A stretch of 64,000 nt of DNA from Acidobacteriota bacterium (GTDB lineage: Bacteria > Acidobacteriota > Thermoanaerobaculia > UBA5066), in assembly GCA_016716715.1 (NCBI GenBank), contig JADJVE010000019.1, positions 27,083-91,082 on the forward strand, given 5' to 3'. Positions within the stretch are counted from its first letter, which is position 1, and every line of letters begins with the position of its first letter. Under the pieces are notes generated by a model. It saw nothing but the letters and a program-made list of their open reading frames with translations, did no database searches and was not told the DNA's origin. Position numbers and translations under genes: made by a program. This document shows, piece by piece, positions 45,252 to 55,618 of this stretch.

Positions 45252-45481
45252 CAGCGTGGCTGACTCATCACGCGCGAGGGGCGGCGCCCCGCGTGCGTCG
45301 CGAGCCGCAGCCGTTCGCCGGCTTCGTAGCGGGAAACGACCGGCGAGAGCGTGCGCAGGTGCATTTCGAAGAGCTCGCGGCCGAGGGCCAGCGCCTGGCG
45401 GACCCGCTCGTCTGGAGTCTCCTTGAAGTGCTTGGAAACCTCTGCGGAGAGATCGCGTCGGAACGGCGTCTGTGTCGCCAT
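45251..45481 (-). CDS. small hypothetical protein (76 aa), a possible antitoxin/regulator partner of the NTase
   Basis: MATQTPFRRDLSAEVSKHFKETPDERVRQALALGRELFEMHL... Translationally coupled to the NTase. Confidence 0.35.
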   Translation of the reverse strand: MATQTPFRRDLSAEVSKHFKETPDERVRQALALGRELFEMHLRTLSPVVSRYEAGERLRLATHAGRRPSRVMSQPR

Positions 45482-45502
45482 GGCCCATCTTAACGTCCGC
45501 GC

Positions 45503-47992
45503 TTGCCGGATGGGCCGGCGCCGTGCACCATGGACGCCCCCGTGCCCGCTTTCCGCGTCGACGACAAGCTCTTCCACAAGTTCAACCCGGACCTGGGGCC
45601 GGGGCGTGTCGAGCAGGTCGACGGTAGGAGGATCGTCGTCTGGTTCCCGGCGGCCGACACGCGCCTGACGCTCGCGGCCGACGACAACGCCCTGCGTCCG
45701 ATGCCGCTGCGCGAGGGGCAGAAGGCGCGCCTCGAGGGCGAGGAGGGGCCGGTCGTCGTGGACGAGGTCGGCGCCGGGACCTCGCGCCTCGCGGACGGTC
45801 GAGTGGTGACCTCCACGCTGCTCTGGCCGCTCGCGGCGCCGGACGACCCCGTCGACCGCCTGGGCGCGCTCCAGACCGACCGGGCGGCCGCGTTTCGCAA
45901 CCGCGTGGACGGCCTCCTCCTCTCCGAGATCCGCCAGGCCCGCGGCCTCGGCTCGTTCCTCGGCGGGCGGATCGCGATCTTTCCGCACCAGCTCCACGTT
46001 GCCGAGCGCGCCGCGGCGAGCGACCCCGTGCGCTGGCTTCTCGCGGACGAGGTCGGCCTCGGAAAGACGATCGAGGCGTGCCTCATCCTCTCGCGCCTCC
46101 TGCGCGCGGACCGCGCCGACCGCGCGCTGGTCGTCGCGCCCTCCACGCTCACGGTCCAGTGGCTCGGCGAGCTTTATCGCAAGTTTCACCAGACGTTCGT
46201 CCTCCTCGACCGCAGACGCCGGGAAGACGTCGCCAAGGAGCACGGCGAGGGGTTCAACCCGTTCGAGGCGCACCGCCATGCGATCGTCGCGCTCGAAGAC
46301 CTCTCGGGGGAGCCCGGCCTCGCCGAAAAGGCCGGGGCCGCCGGGTTCGACCTTCTCGTCGTCGACGAGGCCCACCGCCTCGAGCGCGCGCGCGGCGAGG
46401 CCGGAAGCGACGCGTACCTGGCCGTCGCGCCGCTGACGCGCGCGGCAAAACACGTTCTTCTCCTCTCGGCGACGCCGCTCGAGGCCGACGCGCACGGGTT
46501 CTTCCGCCTCCTCGAGCTCCTCCGTCCCGACGCGTACACGAGCGAGGAAGCGTTCCTCGCCTCCCTCGAAAAGGAGGAGCCTCTGCCGCCCTGCACGAGC
46601 GCGACGCGGCGCGTGGACATCGGCGGCCTCATGCCGCGCGTCCCGCTGCCCGTCGACCTCGATCGATCGCCCGCGGCCGAAGGGCTGACGGGCGACGACG
46701 CGGCGGACGCGGACGACCCGCGCGTGGCGTGGCTCGCGGGAGAGGACGCGGCGTGGCGCGCGGAGGGCTCGGCCAAGACCCTCGTCTTCGTCCACGAGCG
46801 CGCGACACTCTCGGCGCTCAAGGCACGGCTGGAATCGGCCACGCGCAAGCGGGTCGCGATCTTCCACGAGGAGCTGACGCCCGAGCGCGGCGACGTCGAA
46901 GTGGCCGAGTTCCGGCGCGCGGACGGCCCGTCGATTCTCATCTCGACGGAAGCGGGCGGCGAGGGCCGCAACTTCGAGTTCTGCCGGCGCCTCATCCTCT
47001 TCGACCTGCCCGCGGACCCGGCTGCGGTCGAGCAGCGCATCGGCCGCCTCGACCGCATCAACCGGACGGCGCCCGTCGAGATCGTCTACTTCCGGCCTCC
47101 GGGCGGTTTCGGACGCGAGCTCGCGACGCTGTACGAGCGCATCGGGCTCTTCACGTCGCCGCTCGGCGGCCTCGAGCGCTCCCTCGCCGGTGTGGAGGCG
47201 GGGATCACGCGGGCGCGGCGGCTCGGAAAGCCGCTGCCGGTCGAGGATCTGGCGGCGGAAGTCGCCCGCGCGGCGGAGGCGCGGCAGAAGGCCGTCCATC
47301 ACCACCTGCACCGGGACGGCTTCTCGCCCGAGAAGGCGGCCGGAATCCTCGCGCGCGTCCCGGCGGACCTCGACGCGCGCACGGAGCGTTTCGTCCTCGA
47401 GGCCGCGGACCTCTTCGGGTTCGAGACCGCCGAGCGCTCGGGCCGGCGGACGTGGTACCTCGAGTTCGGCGCGGATGCGCTCGTCGAGCACCTGCCCGGC
47501 GTCTCCGGAGGCTCGCGATGGCTCGGCACGTTCGACCGGGACGAAGCCGTCGAGAAGGAAGACCTCGACTTCTTCGCGTCGGGCCACGCGCTCGTCGAGG
47601 GAATCTTCCGCGAGCTCGAGGACGGGCCGCGGGGGCGCGTCGCGCTCCTGTCGCTCGAGAAGACCGGCGTCTCGACGGCGGGCCTCCTCTTCGCGCTGCG
47701 GCAGGGAGCGTCCCCGGAATTCGTCGCGACGTCGCTCGACGGGCGCGAGCAGCCGGCGTGGGCCGAGCTCCTTCTGTCACGGCGGACCGAGACGCGCGGG
47801 ATCCGCCCGGAGGACTGGACGGCGCTCCTCGCGCGGGCGTCGCGCTCGGGCCGGGCGCCGGACTGGCCGGGCCTCGTCCGCCGCGCCGCGAAGAAGGTCC
47901 TCGCGTCGCGCCCCGGTCGCCGGCTCGAGGCCGTCGCGGCGTTTCCGGCTGACGCGCTGATCGGGAACCTTCGCGCATCCCCGGGGTCATAG
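45503..47992 (+). CDS. rapA: RNA polymerase-associated SNF2-family ATPase RapA (HepA)
   Basis: N-terminal FHKFNPDLGPGRV domain. LLADEVGLGKTIEA (motif I), DLLVVDEAHRL (motif II), LLLSATP, and C-terminal helicase motifs ILISTEAGGEGRNF. Confidence 0.8.
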   Translation: MPDGPAPCTMDAPVPAFRVDDKLFHKFNPDLGPGRVEQVDGRRIVVWFPAADTRLTLAADDNALRPMPLREGQKARLEGEEGPVVVDEVGAGTSRLADGRVVTSTLLWPLAAPDDPVDRLGALQTDRAAAFRNRVDGLLLSEIRQARGLGSFLGGRIAIFPHQLHVAERAAASDPVRWLLADEVGLGKTIEACLILSRLLRADRADRALVVAPSTLTVQWLGELYRKFHQTFVLLDRRRREDVAKEHGEGFNPFEAHRHAIVALEDLSGEPGLAEKAGAAGFDLLVVDEAHRLERARGEAGSDAYLAVAPLTRAAKHVLLLSATPLEADAHGFFRLLELLRPDAYTSEEAFLASLEKEEPLPPCTSATRRVDIGGLMPRVPLPVDLDRSPAAEGLTGDDAADADDPRVAWLAGEDAAWRAEGSAKTLVFVHERATLSALKARLESATRKRVAIFHEELTPERGDVEVAEFRRADGPSILISTEAGGEGRNFEFCRRLILFDLPADPAAVEQRIGRLDRINRTAPVEIVYFRPPGGFGRELATLYERIGLFTSPLGGLERSLAGVEAGITRARRLGKPLPVEDLAAEVARAAEARQKAVHHHLHRDGFSPEKAAGILARVPADLDARTERFVLEAADLFGFETAERSGRRTWYLEFGADALVEHLPGVSGGSRWLGTFDRDEAVEKEDLDFFASGHALVEGIFRELEDGPRGRVALLSLEKTGVSTAGLLFALRQGASPEFVATSLDGREQPAWAELLLSRRTETRGIRPEDWTALLARASRSGRAPDWPGLVRRAAKKVLASRPGRRLEAVAAFPADALIGNLRASPGS

Positions 47993-48008
47993 ACTCTCCG
48001 GAGACGCC

Positions 48009-51000
48009 ATGAAAAACGCCCGACGAATCGCCCTCTTCGCCGCCGCCGCGCTCTTCGCCGCCGGGTCCGCCCGGATGGCGCTCACCTTCGCCGGGGCCCG
48101 CGTCACGGGCCCGGCCACGTGGAAGGACGTGGACCGGCTCGTCTCCGAGCAGAAATTCGAGGAGGCGGCCGCCGCGGCCGGGAAGATTCGCGAGGCGGCG
48201 CGCGCCGCGGGCGACGAGACGGACGAGGCGAAGGCCCTCGTCCGCGAGGTCCAGCTCCGGACCGCGCTTCACGGCTACGAGACTTCGGTCCGGTTCCTGA
48301 AGGACCAGCCGTGGCCGAAGGGCCTCCTGCAGAGGACGACGCTGCGCCTCTTCTACGCGCAGTCCCTCGTGACGTACGCCCAGGCCTACGGGTGGGAGAT
48401 CGGCAAGCGCGAGAAGGTTTCCTCGACTGGCGCCGTCGACCTCAAGGCGTGGACGCGGGACGAGATCCAGGCCGAGGCCGTGCGGGCGTACGTCGAGGTC
48501 TGGAAGGACCGCGAGGCGCTCGGGCGCGTGCCGGTGAACGCCGTCGCCGACTTCGTCGAGCCGAACAACTACCCGAAGGAGATCCGCGGCACGCTGCGCG
48601 ACGCCGCGTCGTACCTCTTCGCGGCCCTCCTCGCCGACACGTCCGGCTGGCGGCCCGAGCAGTCGAACGGCGTCTTCTCGCTCGACGCGAGGCTCCTGAT
48701 CGCCGGTGACGCCGGGGTGTCGAGGCTCGTGAAGCTCGACGACCCTGCCGTCCACCCGCTCCTGAAGCTCGGCGCCGTCCTCGACGACCTCGAGGCCTGG
48801 CACGCGCGCGCGGGCGAGAAGGAGGCCGCGCTCGAGGCGCGCCTCGAGCGCCTGCGCCAGCTGGACGCGGCGCTGACGGACGCGGGAGATCGCGCCGCCA
48901 TCCGGAAGGACCTCGCCTCGAAGCTCCCGGCGTACGCGGCCGTCCCCTGGTTCTCGATGGGAAAGGCCCAGCTCGCCGACTTCACGCGCGCCGAGGAAAA
49001 GCCCGGCAACCTCGTCAGGGCGCGGGCGCTCGCGCTCGAGGCGATCGCCGCCTGGCCGAAGTCGCTCGGGGCCGACCGCGCCCGCTCGATCGTCGGGCAG
49101 ATCGAGGCGCCCGACTGGTCGATGGCCGCGATGGCGGCGGACGGTCCGGGGAGGCGCTCGATCGAAGTCACGCACCGGAACCTCCCGGTCCTCTTCTTCC
49201 GCGCCTACGCGGTCGACCTCGAGGCCCGGATCGGCCGGGCGAAGGACTACAACCTCATGCCGCAGGGTCCGGAGGTCGACGCGCTCGTCGCGAGGGAAAA
49301 GCCGGTCGCGTCCTTCGAGTCGGCGCTTCCCGCCACGACCGACTTCAAATCGCATCGCACGTTCGTGACGCCGCCGGCCCTCGGGCGCGGCCTGCACGTC
49401 GTCGTCGCATCGGCCGATCCCGGGTTCGCGCCCGACAAGGGTCCGCTCCGCGCGGTCGGGATGATCGAGACGGACCTCGTCCTCACGGTTCGCCAGACGG
49501 ACACGAACGCCGTCGAGGCGCGGGTGTTGACGGGAACGACCGGCCGCCCCGCGGCCGGGGCGACGGTGTCGCTGTACCTCTACGACTGGCAGAAGGGGCA
49601 TCGCCGCATCGCCGAGGCCACGGCCGGGAGGGAGGGGCTCGCCGTCTTCGAGCCGACTCCCGAGCGCAGCGGCAAGCCGCTCTTCCTCTTCGCGAGGCGC
49701 GGCGAGGACGTCGCGCTGGATGCCGCGTCCTTCTCGATGTGGGCGCGCGGGCAGTCCGGCGAGACGTCCTCCGCGCTCGTTTACACCGACCGGAGCATCT
49801 ACCGGCCGCTCCAGAAAGTGCTCTGGAAGGCGATCCTCTACCGCGGCCGTCCCGACCAGGCGCGTTTCCAGGTGGCGCCGGCGTCGACCGTCTCGATCAC
49901 TCTCGTCGACGCGAACGGGCAGGCCGTCGAGTCGAAGGCCGTCACGACGAACGCCTACGGCTCCGCGGCCGGGGAGTTCGCGCTCCCGGCCGGGCGCGCG
50001 CTCGGCGCGTGGAGCGTGCGCTGCGACTGGGGCGGCGCCGCTTCGATCCGCGTCGAGGAGTACAAGCGGCCGACGTTCGAGGCGACGCTCGAGGAAGCGA
50101 AGGACGCTCTGCGCCTGAACAGGCCCGCGACGTTCCGGGGGGAGGCGCGCTACTACTTCGGCCTTCCCGTCGCGAGCGGAAACGTCGCCTGGCGCGTCAC
50201 GCGCGAGACAGAGTACCCGTGGTGGTGGTGGTGGGGATGGATGGGGCGCGGGCGCTCCGCCGGCGCGGAGACCGTCGCGACGGGCAACGCCGCGCTTGGC
50301 GCGGACGGAAGGTTCGCGGTCACGTTCACCCCGAAGGCGGACGAACGGCAGTCGAAGGAAATCACGTACCGCTACCGCGTCTCGGCGGACGTCACGGACG
50401 AGGGCGGCGAAACGCGCTCGGCCGACCGCTCCTTCCGCCTCGGGTTCGTGAGCGTGAAAGCGAGAGTGGAGAGAGAGAAGAATTTCTTCTTAGAAAGTAA
50501 GAAGGGAGAAGGCGCAGCGAAGATCGTCAGGACCGATCTCGATGGAGCGCCGCGTCCGGGCAAGGGGACCTGGCGGCTGCTGCGGCTCGTGTCGCCCGAG
50601 AAGCCGGTCCTCCCGGCCGAATTACCTTCAAAGAAATCCGAAAACGCCGTTGCACTTGGCGAGAAGGCCGCAGCAGGCGGCGTGTCGACCCCCGGCGACC
50701 TGCTTCGCCCCCGCTGGGCGACGTCGTACTCCGTCGACGAATGGCTGCACTCCTGGAAGGACGGGGCCGAACAGTCCTCCGGCGACCTGACGCACGACGC
50801 GAAGGGCGAGGCGAAGGTCGACCTGCCCGCCTTGTCCGAAGGCGCCTACCGCCTGCGCTACTCGACCGTCGACGACTTCGGTGCGAAGTACGAGACGGCG
50901 CAGGACTTCCTCGTCGCCGGCGGAAAGTCCGCCCCGGCGCTGCCCGTCGTCCTCCTCGCCGAGTCGTCCTCGGTGAGGGTCGGCGGCGTCGCTCGCTTCC

Positions 51001-54000
51001 TCGTTGCATCCGGCCTTCGCGATCAGACGCTCTTCCTCGATGTCGCGCGCGCTGGAAGGCTGATCGAGCGCCGCATCCTCAAGGCCGGGAGCGACGCCGT
51101 GCTCATCGAAAGGGCGATCACGGAGGAGGACCGCGGCGGGCTCGGTGTGACGCTGACCGCCGTGCGCGATCACCAGTTTCTCCAGCAGACGCAGAGCGTT
51201 TTCGTGCCGTGGGAAGACCGGGAGCTGAAGGTCTCCTTCGCCACCTTCCGCGACCGCCTGCGCCCCGGCCAGACCGAGACGTGGCGCGTAACGGTGAAGG
51301 GCGCGACGCCCGCGCACCCGCTCAAGGAGACGGCCGAGCTCCTCGCCTACATGTACGACCGGAGCCTCGACTCCTTCGTCCCGCACCGGCCCGTGAGCCC
51401 GCTCGCGCTCCTGCCGAATCGCGCGACGCCGCTCGTGGTCCGCGCGACGCTCGGTCCGGCGCCCCAGCTCTGGCTCACGAGCAGCGGCTTCCCGTCGCCT
51501 CCGTCCGGCCCGTACCTCGTCGGAGACCGGCTCAAGTTCGAGAGCGGCTACGGAATCGGCGGCCCTGGCGTGAGGAGCCGCGGGATGGGCGGCGCCTACA
51601 ACCAGGTGAGACCCGCCTCGGCGCCGATGGCGATGAAGTCGGCCATGGCGAGGGAGGAGGGGGCGGCCAACGCGGTCGCCGAAGGCAAGCTCGCCGATTC
51701 GAAGAACGGGCGAGACGAGGAGGTCGATTCACTTTCGAAGAAGAAGGACGGCGATAAGGCGCGCGCGGACGCTGCAGGCGAAGGCACGGGTCTTCGCAGC
51801 AACTTCTCCGAAACCGCTTTCTGGCAGCCGCAGCTCCTGACGGGGCCGGACGGCTCGGCGTCCATCGAATTCACCGTGCCGGACTCCGTCACGTCGTGGA
51901 AGGTCTTCGTCCACGCGGTCACGAAGGACCTGCGCGGCGGGTCCGTGGACGCCGAGACGAAGACCGTCAAGGACCTCATGGTCCGGCCGTACGTCCCGCG
52001 CTTCCTGCGCGAAGGCGACAAGGCGGAGATCAAGGTCGTCGTGAACAACGCGTCGGGGAAACCGCTGAGCGGCACGCTGGCGTTCGAGATCACGGATCCG
52101 GCGACGGGGAAGAGCCTCCTCGCGGCATTCGGGCTCGAAGGTGGCGCGTCGAAGGCATTCACGGCGCCCGCGGGCGGCGGGACGAACCTGACGTTCCCCG
52201 TGACGGCGCCGAAGGGACTGACGACCGTCGCCTTCAAGGCGGTCGCGACGGCGGGCGACCTGTCGGACGGCGAGGTCCGCCCGGTGCCGGTGCTGCCCGG
52301 CCGGATGCACCTCGTCCAGTCGCGCTTCGTCACGCTCAAGAACAAGGACAAGAAGACGCTGCGCTTCGACGACCTCGCGAAAAACGACGATCCGAGCCTC
52401 GTCAACGAGCAGATGGTCGTCACCGTGGACGCGCAGCTCTTCTACACGGTCCTCCAGGCGCTGCCGTACCTCGTGAACTACCCGTACGAGTGCACGGAGC
52501 AGACGCTGAACCGCTTCCTCTCGACGGGCATCGTCTCGAGCGTTTACAAGGACTACCCGGCCGTCGCGAAGATGGCCGCGGAGATGTCGAAGCGGACGAC
52601 GCCTCTCGAGTCCTGGGACGCGGCCGATCCAAATCGAAAAATGGCTCTTGAAGAGACGCCGTGGCTCGTGACGGCAAAGGGCGGCCGCACCGACCTCGAC
52701 ACGATCAACGTCCTCGACCCGCGCGTCGCGCAGGCGAACCGGGAGTCGTCACTCGCGCGGCTGAGGAAGGCGCAGACCTCGATCGGAGCGTTCCCGTGGT
52801 TCCCGGGCGGCCCGCCGTCGCCTTACATGACCCTCTACATCCTCCACGGCTTCGCGAAGGCGCTCGAGTTCGGGGTGGACGTTCCGAAGGACGTGACACA
52901 GCGCGCGTGGGGCTACGTCGCGCAGCACTACCGGAGCGAATGGCGTGCCTGCATGGCGGACAACCGCTGCTGGGAGTACATCACTCTCCTGAACTACGTC
53001 CTGTCGACGTACCCGGACGTCTCGTGGAGCGGCGGCGCCTTCACGGACGCCGAGCGCAAGGAGATGCTCGACTTCTCGTTCAAGCACTGGAGGCACCACG
53101 CCCCGTACCTCAAGGGCTATCTCTCGCTGACGCTCAAGCGCATGGGCCGACCGGCGGATGCGAAGCTCGTGTGGGACTCGGTCATGGACTCGGCGAAGTC
53201 GAACGAGGAGCAGGGGACGTTCTGGGCGCCCGAGGACCGGTCGTGGCTCTGGTACAACGACACGATCGAGACCCACGCGTTTGCACTGCGGACGGTCCTC
53301 GAGCTGGACCCTACGAGCGCGAAGAAGGACGGCCTCGTCCAGTGGCTGCTCATCAACAAGAAGCTCAACCAGTGGAAGTCCACGCGCGCGACGGCCGAGG
53401 TCATCTACTCGCTCGTCCACTACCTGAAGAAGGAAGGCGCGCTCGGCGTCCCCGAGGACGCGACCGTGACCGTCGGCGTCCAGAAGGTGACGTTCGCGTT
53501 CGACCCCGAGAAGTACACGGGGAAAAACAATCGGATCGTGATCCCCGGCGAGAAGGTCGACCCCAAGACCACGTCCACCGTCGTCGTCGAGAAGGAAGGC
53601 AAGGGCTTCGTCTTCGCCTCGGCCGCCTGGCACTTCTCGACGGAGAAGCTTCCCGCCGAGGACCGCGGAGACTTTTTTCAGGTCTCGCGGAAGTTCTTCC
53701 GGCGGGAGAACACGGGGAAGGAGTTCACGCTGACTCCGCTCGCCGAGGGCGCCGTCATCCGGCCCGGCGACCAGATCGAGGTGCAGATCTCGCTGCGGAC
53801 GAAGCACGACGCCGAGTACGTTCACCTGCGCGACCCGCGGGCGGCCGGCCTCGAGCCCGAGAACGTCCTTTCGAAGTGGAAGTGGGACCTCGGGATCGCG
53901 TGGTACGAGGAGACTCGCGACTCGGCGACGAACTTCTTCTTCGAGCGCCTGCCCGTCGGCGAGTACACGTTCAAGTACCGCCTGCGCGCGAACATGGCCG

Positions 54001-54107
54001 GAACGTTCCGGGTCGGGCCCGCGACGGTCCAGTCCATGTACGCGCCCGAATTCAACGCCTACTCGGCGGGCACGGTCCTCAAGGTGGCGGGAGGATCGCC
54101 TCCATGA
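48009..54107 (+). CDS. alpha-2-macroglobulin family protein (bacterial A2M, thioester-containing)
   Basis: 2032 aa. Signal peptide. MG domains. Thioester motif YPYECTEQ at about 52490. Carries several AT-rich repeat copies (50469-50511, 50624-50648, 51722-51748). Confidence 0.9.
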   Translation: MKNARRIALFAAAALFAAGSARMALTFAGARVTGPATWKDVDRLVSEQKFEEAAAAAGKIREAARAAGDETDEAKALVREVQLRTALHGYETSVRFLKDQPWPKGLLQRTTLRLFYAQSLVTYAQAYGWEIGKREKVSSTGAVDLKAWTRDEIQAEAVRAYVEVWKDREALGRVPVNAVADFVEPNNYPKEIRGTLRDAASYLFAALLADTSGWRPEQSNGVFSLDARLLIAGDAGVSRLVKLDDPAVHPLLKLGAVLDDLEAWHARAGEKEAALEARLERLRQLDAALTDAGDRAAIRKDLASKLPAYAAVPWFSMGKAQLADFTRAEEKPGNLVRARALALEAIAAWPKSLGADRARSIVGQIEAPDWSMAAMAADGPGRRSIEVTHRNLPVLFFRAYAVDLEARIGRAKDYNLMPQGPEVDALVAREKPVASFESALPATTDFKSHRTFVTPPALGRGLHVVVASADPGFAPDKGPLRAVGMIETDLVLTVRQTDTNAVEARVLTGTTGRPAAGATVSLYLYDWQKGHRRIAEATAGREGLAVFEPTPERSGKPLFLFARRGEDVALDAASFSMWARGQSGETSSALVYTDRSIYRPLQKVLWKAILYRGRPDQARFQVAPASTVSITLVDANGQAVESKAVTTNAYGSAAGEFALPAGRALGAWSVRCDWGGAASIRVEEYKRPTFEATLEEAKDALRLNRPATFRGEARYYFGLPVASGNVAWRVTRETEYPWWWWWGWMGRGRSAGAETVATGNAALGADGRFAVTFTPKADERQSKEITYRYRVSADVTDEGGETRSADRSFRLGFVSVKARVEREKNFFLESKKGEGAAKIVRTDLDGAPRPGKGTWRLLRLVSPEKPVLPAELPSKKSENAVALGEKAAAGGVSTPGDLLRPRWATSYSVDEWLHSWKDGAEQSSGDLTHDAKGEAKVDLPALSEGAYRLRYSTVDDFGAKYETAQDFLVAGGKSAPALPVVLLAESSSVRVGGVARFLVASGLRDQTLFLDVARAGRLIERRILKAGSDAVLIERAITEEDRGGLGVTLTAVRDHQFLQQTQSVFVPWEDRELKVSFATFRDRLRPGQTETWRVTVKGATPAHPLKETAELLAYMYDRSLDSFVPHRPVSPLALLPNRATPLVVRATLGPAPQLWLTSSGFPSPPSGPYLVGDRLKFESGYGIGGPGVRSRGMGGAYNQVRPASAPMAMKSAMAREEGAANAVAEGKLADSKNGRDEEVDSLSKKKDGDKARADAAGEGTGLRSNFSETAFWQPQLLTGPDGSASIEFTVPDSVTSWKVFVHAVTKDLRGGSVDAETKTVKDLMVRPYVPRFLREGDKAEIKVVVNNASGKPLSGTLAFEITDPATGKSLLAAFGLEGGASKAFTAPAGGGTNLTFPVTAPKGLTTVAFKAVATAGDLSDGEVRPVPVLPGRMHLVQSRFVTLKNKDKKTLRFDDLAKNDDPSLVNEQMVVTVDAQLFYTVLQALPYLVNYPYECTEQTLNRFLSTGIVSSVYKDYPAVAKMAAEMSKRTTPLESWDAADPNRKMALEETPWLVTAKGGRTDLDTINVLDPRVAQANRESSLARLRKAQTSIGAFPWFPGGPPSPYMTLYILHGFAKALEFGVDVPKDVTQRAWGYVAQHYRSEWRACMADNRCWEYITLLNYVLSTYPDVSWSGGAFTDAERKEMLDFSFKHWRHHAPYLKGYLSLTLKRMGRPADAKLVWDSVMDSAKSNEEQGTFWAPEDRSWLWYNDTIETHAFALRTVLELDPTSAKKDGLVQWLLINKKLNQWKSTRATAEVIYSLVHYLKKEGALGVPEDATVTVGVQKVTFAFDPEKYTGKNNRIVIPGEKVDPKTTSTVVVEKEGKGFVFASAAWHFSTEKLPAEDRGDFFQVSRKFFRRENTGKEFTLTPLAEGAVIRPGDQIEVQISLRTKHDAEYVHLRDPRAAGLEPENVLSKWKWDLGIAWYEETRDSATNFFFERLPVGEYTFKYRLRANMAGTFRVGPATVQSMYAPEFNAYSAGTVLKVAGGSPP
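50469..50511 (-). repeat. AT-rich mini-repeat copy (reverse orientation) inside the A2M gene
   Basis: GAGAGAGAAGAATTTCTTCTTAGAAAGTAAGAAGGGAGAAGG. Confidence 0.45.
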
Positions 54108-54564
54108 ACCGGGTGCCCTCGATGGGGTGGTCGTTGTACGGAGGGATGTCCGTGAAGCCCAGCGAAAGGTATAGAGCCTGGGCGGCCGTCATCGAAGGCA
54201 GAGTATCGAGGCGGACGGCGCGATAGCCGATCGCGCGGGCCTCGGCCATCAGGGCCTCGACGAGCCGCCGGCCGAGGCCCGTCCCGCGAAAGGCGGGCTT
54301 CACCCAGAGCCTCTTCATTTCGCAGATCTCTTTTCCGATGTTCCTCAGAGCGATGCAGCCTGCCGGTTCGTCGCCCGCGAACGCGAGCAGGAGCCGGCCA
54401 TCCGGAGGCGCGTACGCGCCCGGCAGGCCCGCCAGCTCCTCGTCGAAGTTCTGGAAGCAGAGCGAGAACCCGAGCGACTTCTGGTACTCCTCGAAGAGAG
54501 CGCGCGCCGTTGCGACGTCGGCTGCGCCGTCAGCGATTCTGATGAGAGTGGGCACGGTGTTCAT
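54079..54564 (-). CDS. GNAT family N-acetyltransferase
   Basis: Start MNTVPTLIRIADG. ...GCIALRN...LWVKPAFRGTGLGRRLVEAL is a GNAT acetyl-CoA binding motif. Confidence 0.75.
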   Translation of the reverse strand: MNTVPTLIRIADGAADVATARALFEEYQKSLGFSLCFQNFDEELAGLPGAYAPPDGRLLLAFAGDEPAGCIALRNIGKEICEMKRLWVKPAFRGTGLGRRLVEALMAEARAIGYRAVRLDTLPSMTAAQALYLSLGFTDIPPYNDHPIEGTRFMEAILPPP

Positions 54565-54751
54565 CTCTTTTCCTCTCGAAGCTCTGCACGGCCAGCGCAA
54601 GACCGTCCCGGTCGATCGCCTCGAGGGCGTCGATCTCGGCTGCAGCAAGGCCCGCGGCGGCGGCGCGGCCGCGCGGATCCGCGAGGAAGAGCGCACGCTC
54701 GGCCTCGTTCGTGTAGAGGCGGGCAAGGTAGCCCTCGAAGCCGGGGCTCAC
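54530..54751 (-). CDS. small protein (73 aa) translationally coupled to DUF692, a possible minimal MNIO partner (RRE/DUF2063-N-like) or precursor
   Basis: GTG start overlaps the DUF692 stop (GTGA). MSPGFEGYLARLYTNEAERALFLADPRGRAAAAGLAAAEIDALEAID is a helical, leader-like sequence. Overlaps the GNAT start by 35 nt. Confidence 0.4.
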   Translation of the reverse strand: MSPGFEGYLARLYTNEAERALFLADPRGRAAAAGLAAAEIDALEAIDRDGLALAVQSFERKRDEHRAHSHQNR

Positions 54752-55617
54752 GCGGCGGCCTCCGCTCGGCGAGCCCGGCCCTTTGCGAGTGAGGTTCTCG
54801 CTCGGGCGAGCTCGTCGAGGATTTCTTTGAAAGGGGGAAAGGCTCCGTCGCGCTCGAGGATCACCGTGAGTGGCTGCGGCGCCAGCTCGCCGACCCTCTC
54901 GAGGAGATCGAAGACCGCGTCGGGGGTCGCGTGGAGGTGATCGTCGAGGATCCTGCTCACACCCGCCCTGCCCGGCACCCCGATGCGCCGCCCGCCAGCG
55001 AGATGAACGGCCCTCACCCGGTTGCTCGGGACCACTCGAAGAAATCTCTCTTCCTCTTCCTCTCCTCCGAACCCAAAGTTCTTCGCGTTCGCGTGGAGGT
55101 TGTGCAGGTCGAGGAGGAGATCCGTGTCGCAGGCCTCGAGGACCTCCGCGACGAACGTTGCTTCGTCGCGGTCGCTGCCGGGCGGGTCGATCAGCGTCGC
55201 GACGTTCTCGAGGAGCGGCGCGCTGCCGACGACGGCGCGGGCGCGCGCGACGTTGCGCCCCGTCCCCTCGATCGTGGCCGCGCAGCGCGGCGGGGCCGCG
55301 AGGTGGCCGATCTCGATTCCGCCGCCGCGCACGAACGCGAGGTGCTCCGACCAGAACACGGGCTGTGCGAGGTCGAAAACGCGCGCGAACGCGTCGAGGC
55401 GCCTCGGGTCGACGGGCGCCGAGGAGGCGAGGCCGAGCGACACGCCGTGAAGGACGACCGGCACGTACGCGCCGAGCGTCCGGAGGGCGCGGACCTCGCG
55501 CGCCGGGCTCTTCATCCAGTCTTCGGCGATCACCTCGACGACGTCCAGCCGGTCCGCCGCCGCGAGGATGCGGTCGGCGATCGCGGGCCGCCAGCCGAGC
55601 CCGACGCGGTCCTTCAC
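54748..55617 (-). CDS. DUF692 family multinuclear non-heme iron oxidase (MNIO, MbnB/TglH-like)
   Basis: TIM-barrel xylose-isomerase-like motifs: GLGWRPAI, WSEHLAF, LLENVATL, LLLDLHNLHANAKNFGF, and VHLAGG. Confidence 0.8.
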   Translation of the reverse strand: MKDRVGLGWRPAIADRILAAADRLDVVEVIAEDWMKSPAREVRALRTLGAYVPVVLHGVSLGLASSAPVDPRRLDAFARVFDLAQPVFWSEHLAFVRGGGIEIGHLAAPPRCAATIEGTGRNVARARAVVGSAPLLENVATLIDPPGSDRDEATFVAEVLEACDTDLLLDLHNLHANAKNFGFGGEEEEERFLRVVPSNRVRAVHLAGGRRIGVPGRAGVSRILDDHLHATPDAVFDLLERVGELAPQPLTVILERDGAFPPFKEILDELARARTSLAKGRARRAEAAA

Positions 55618-55618
55618 G

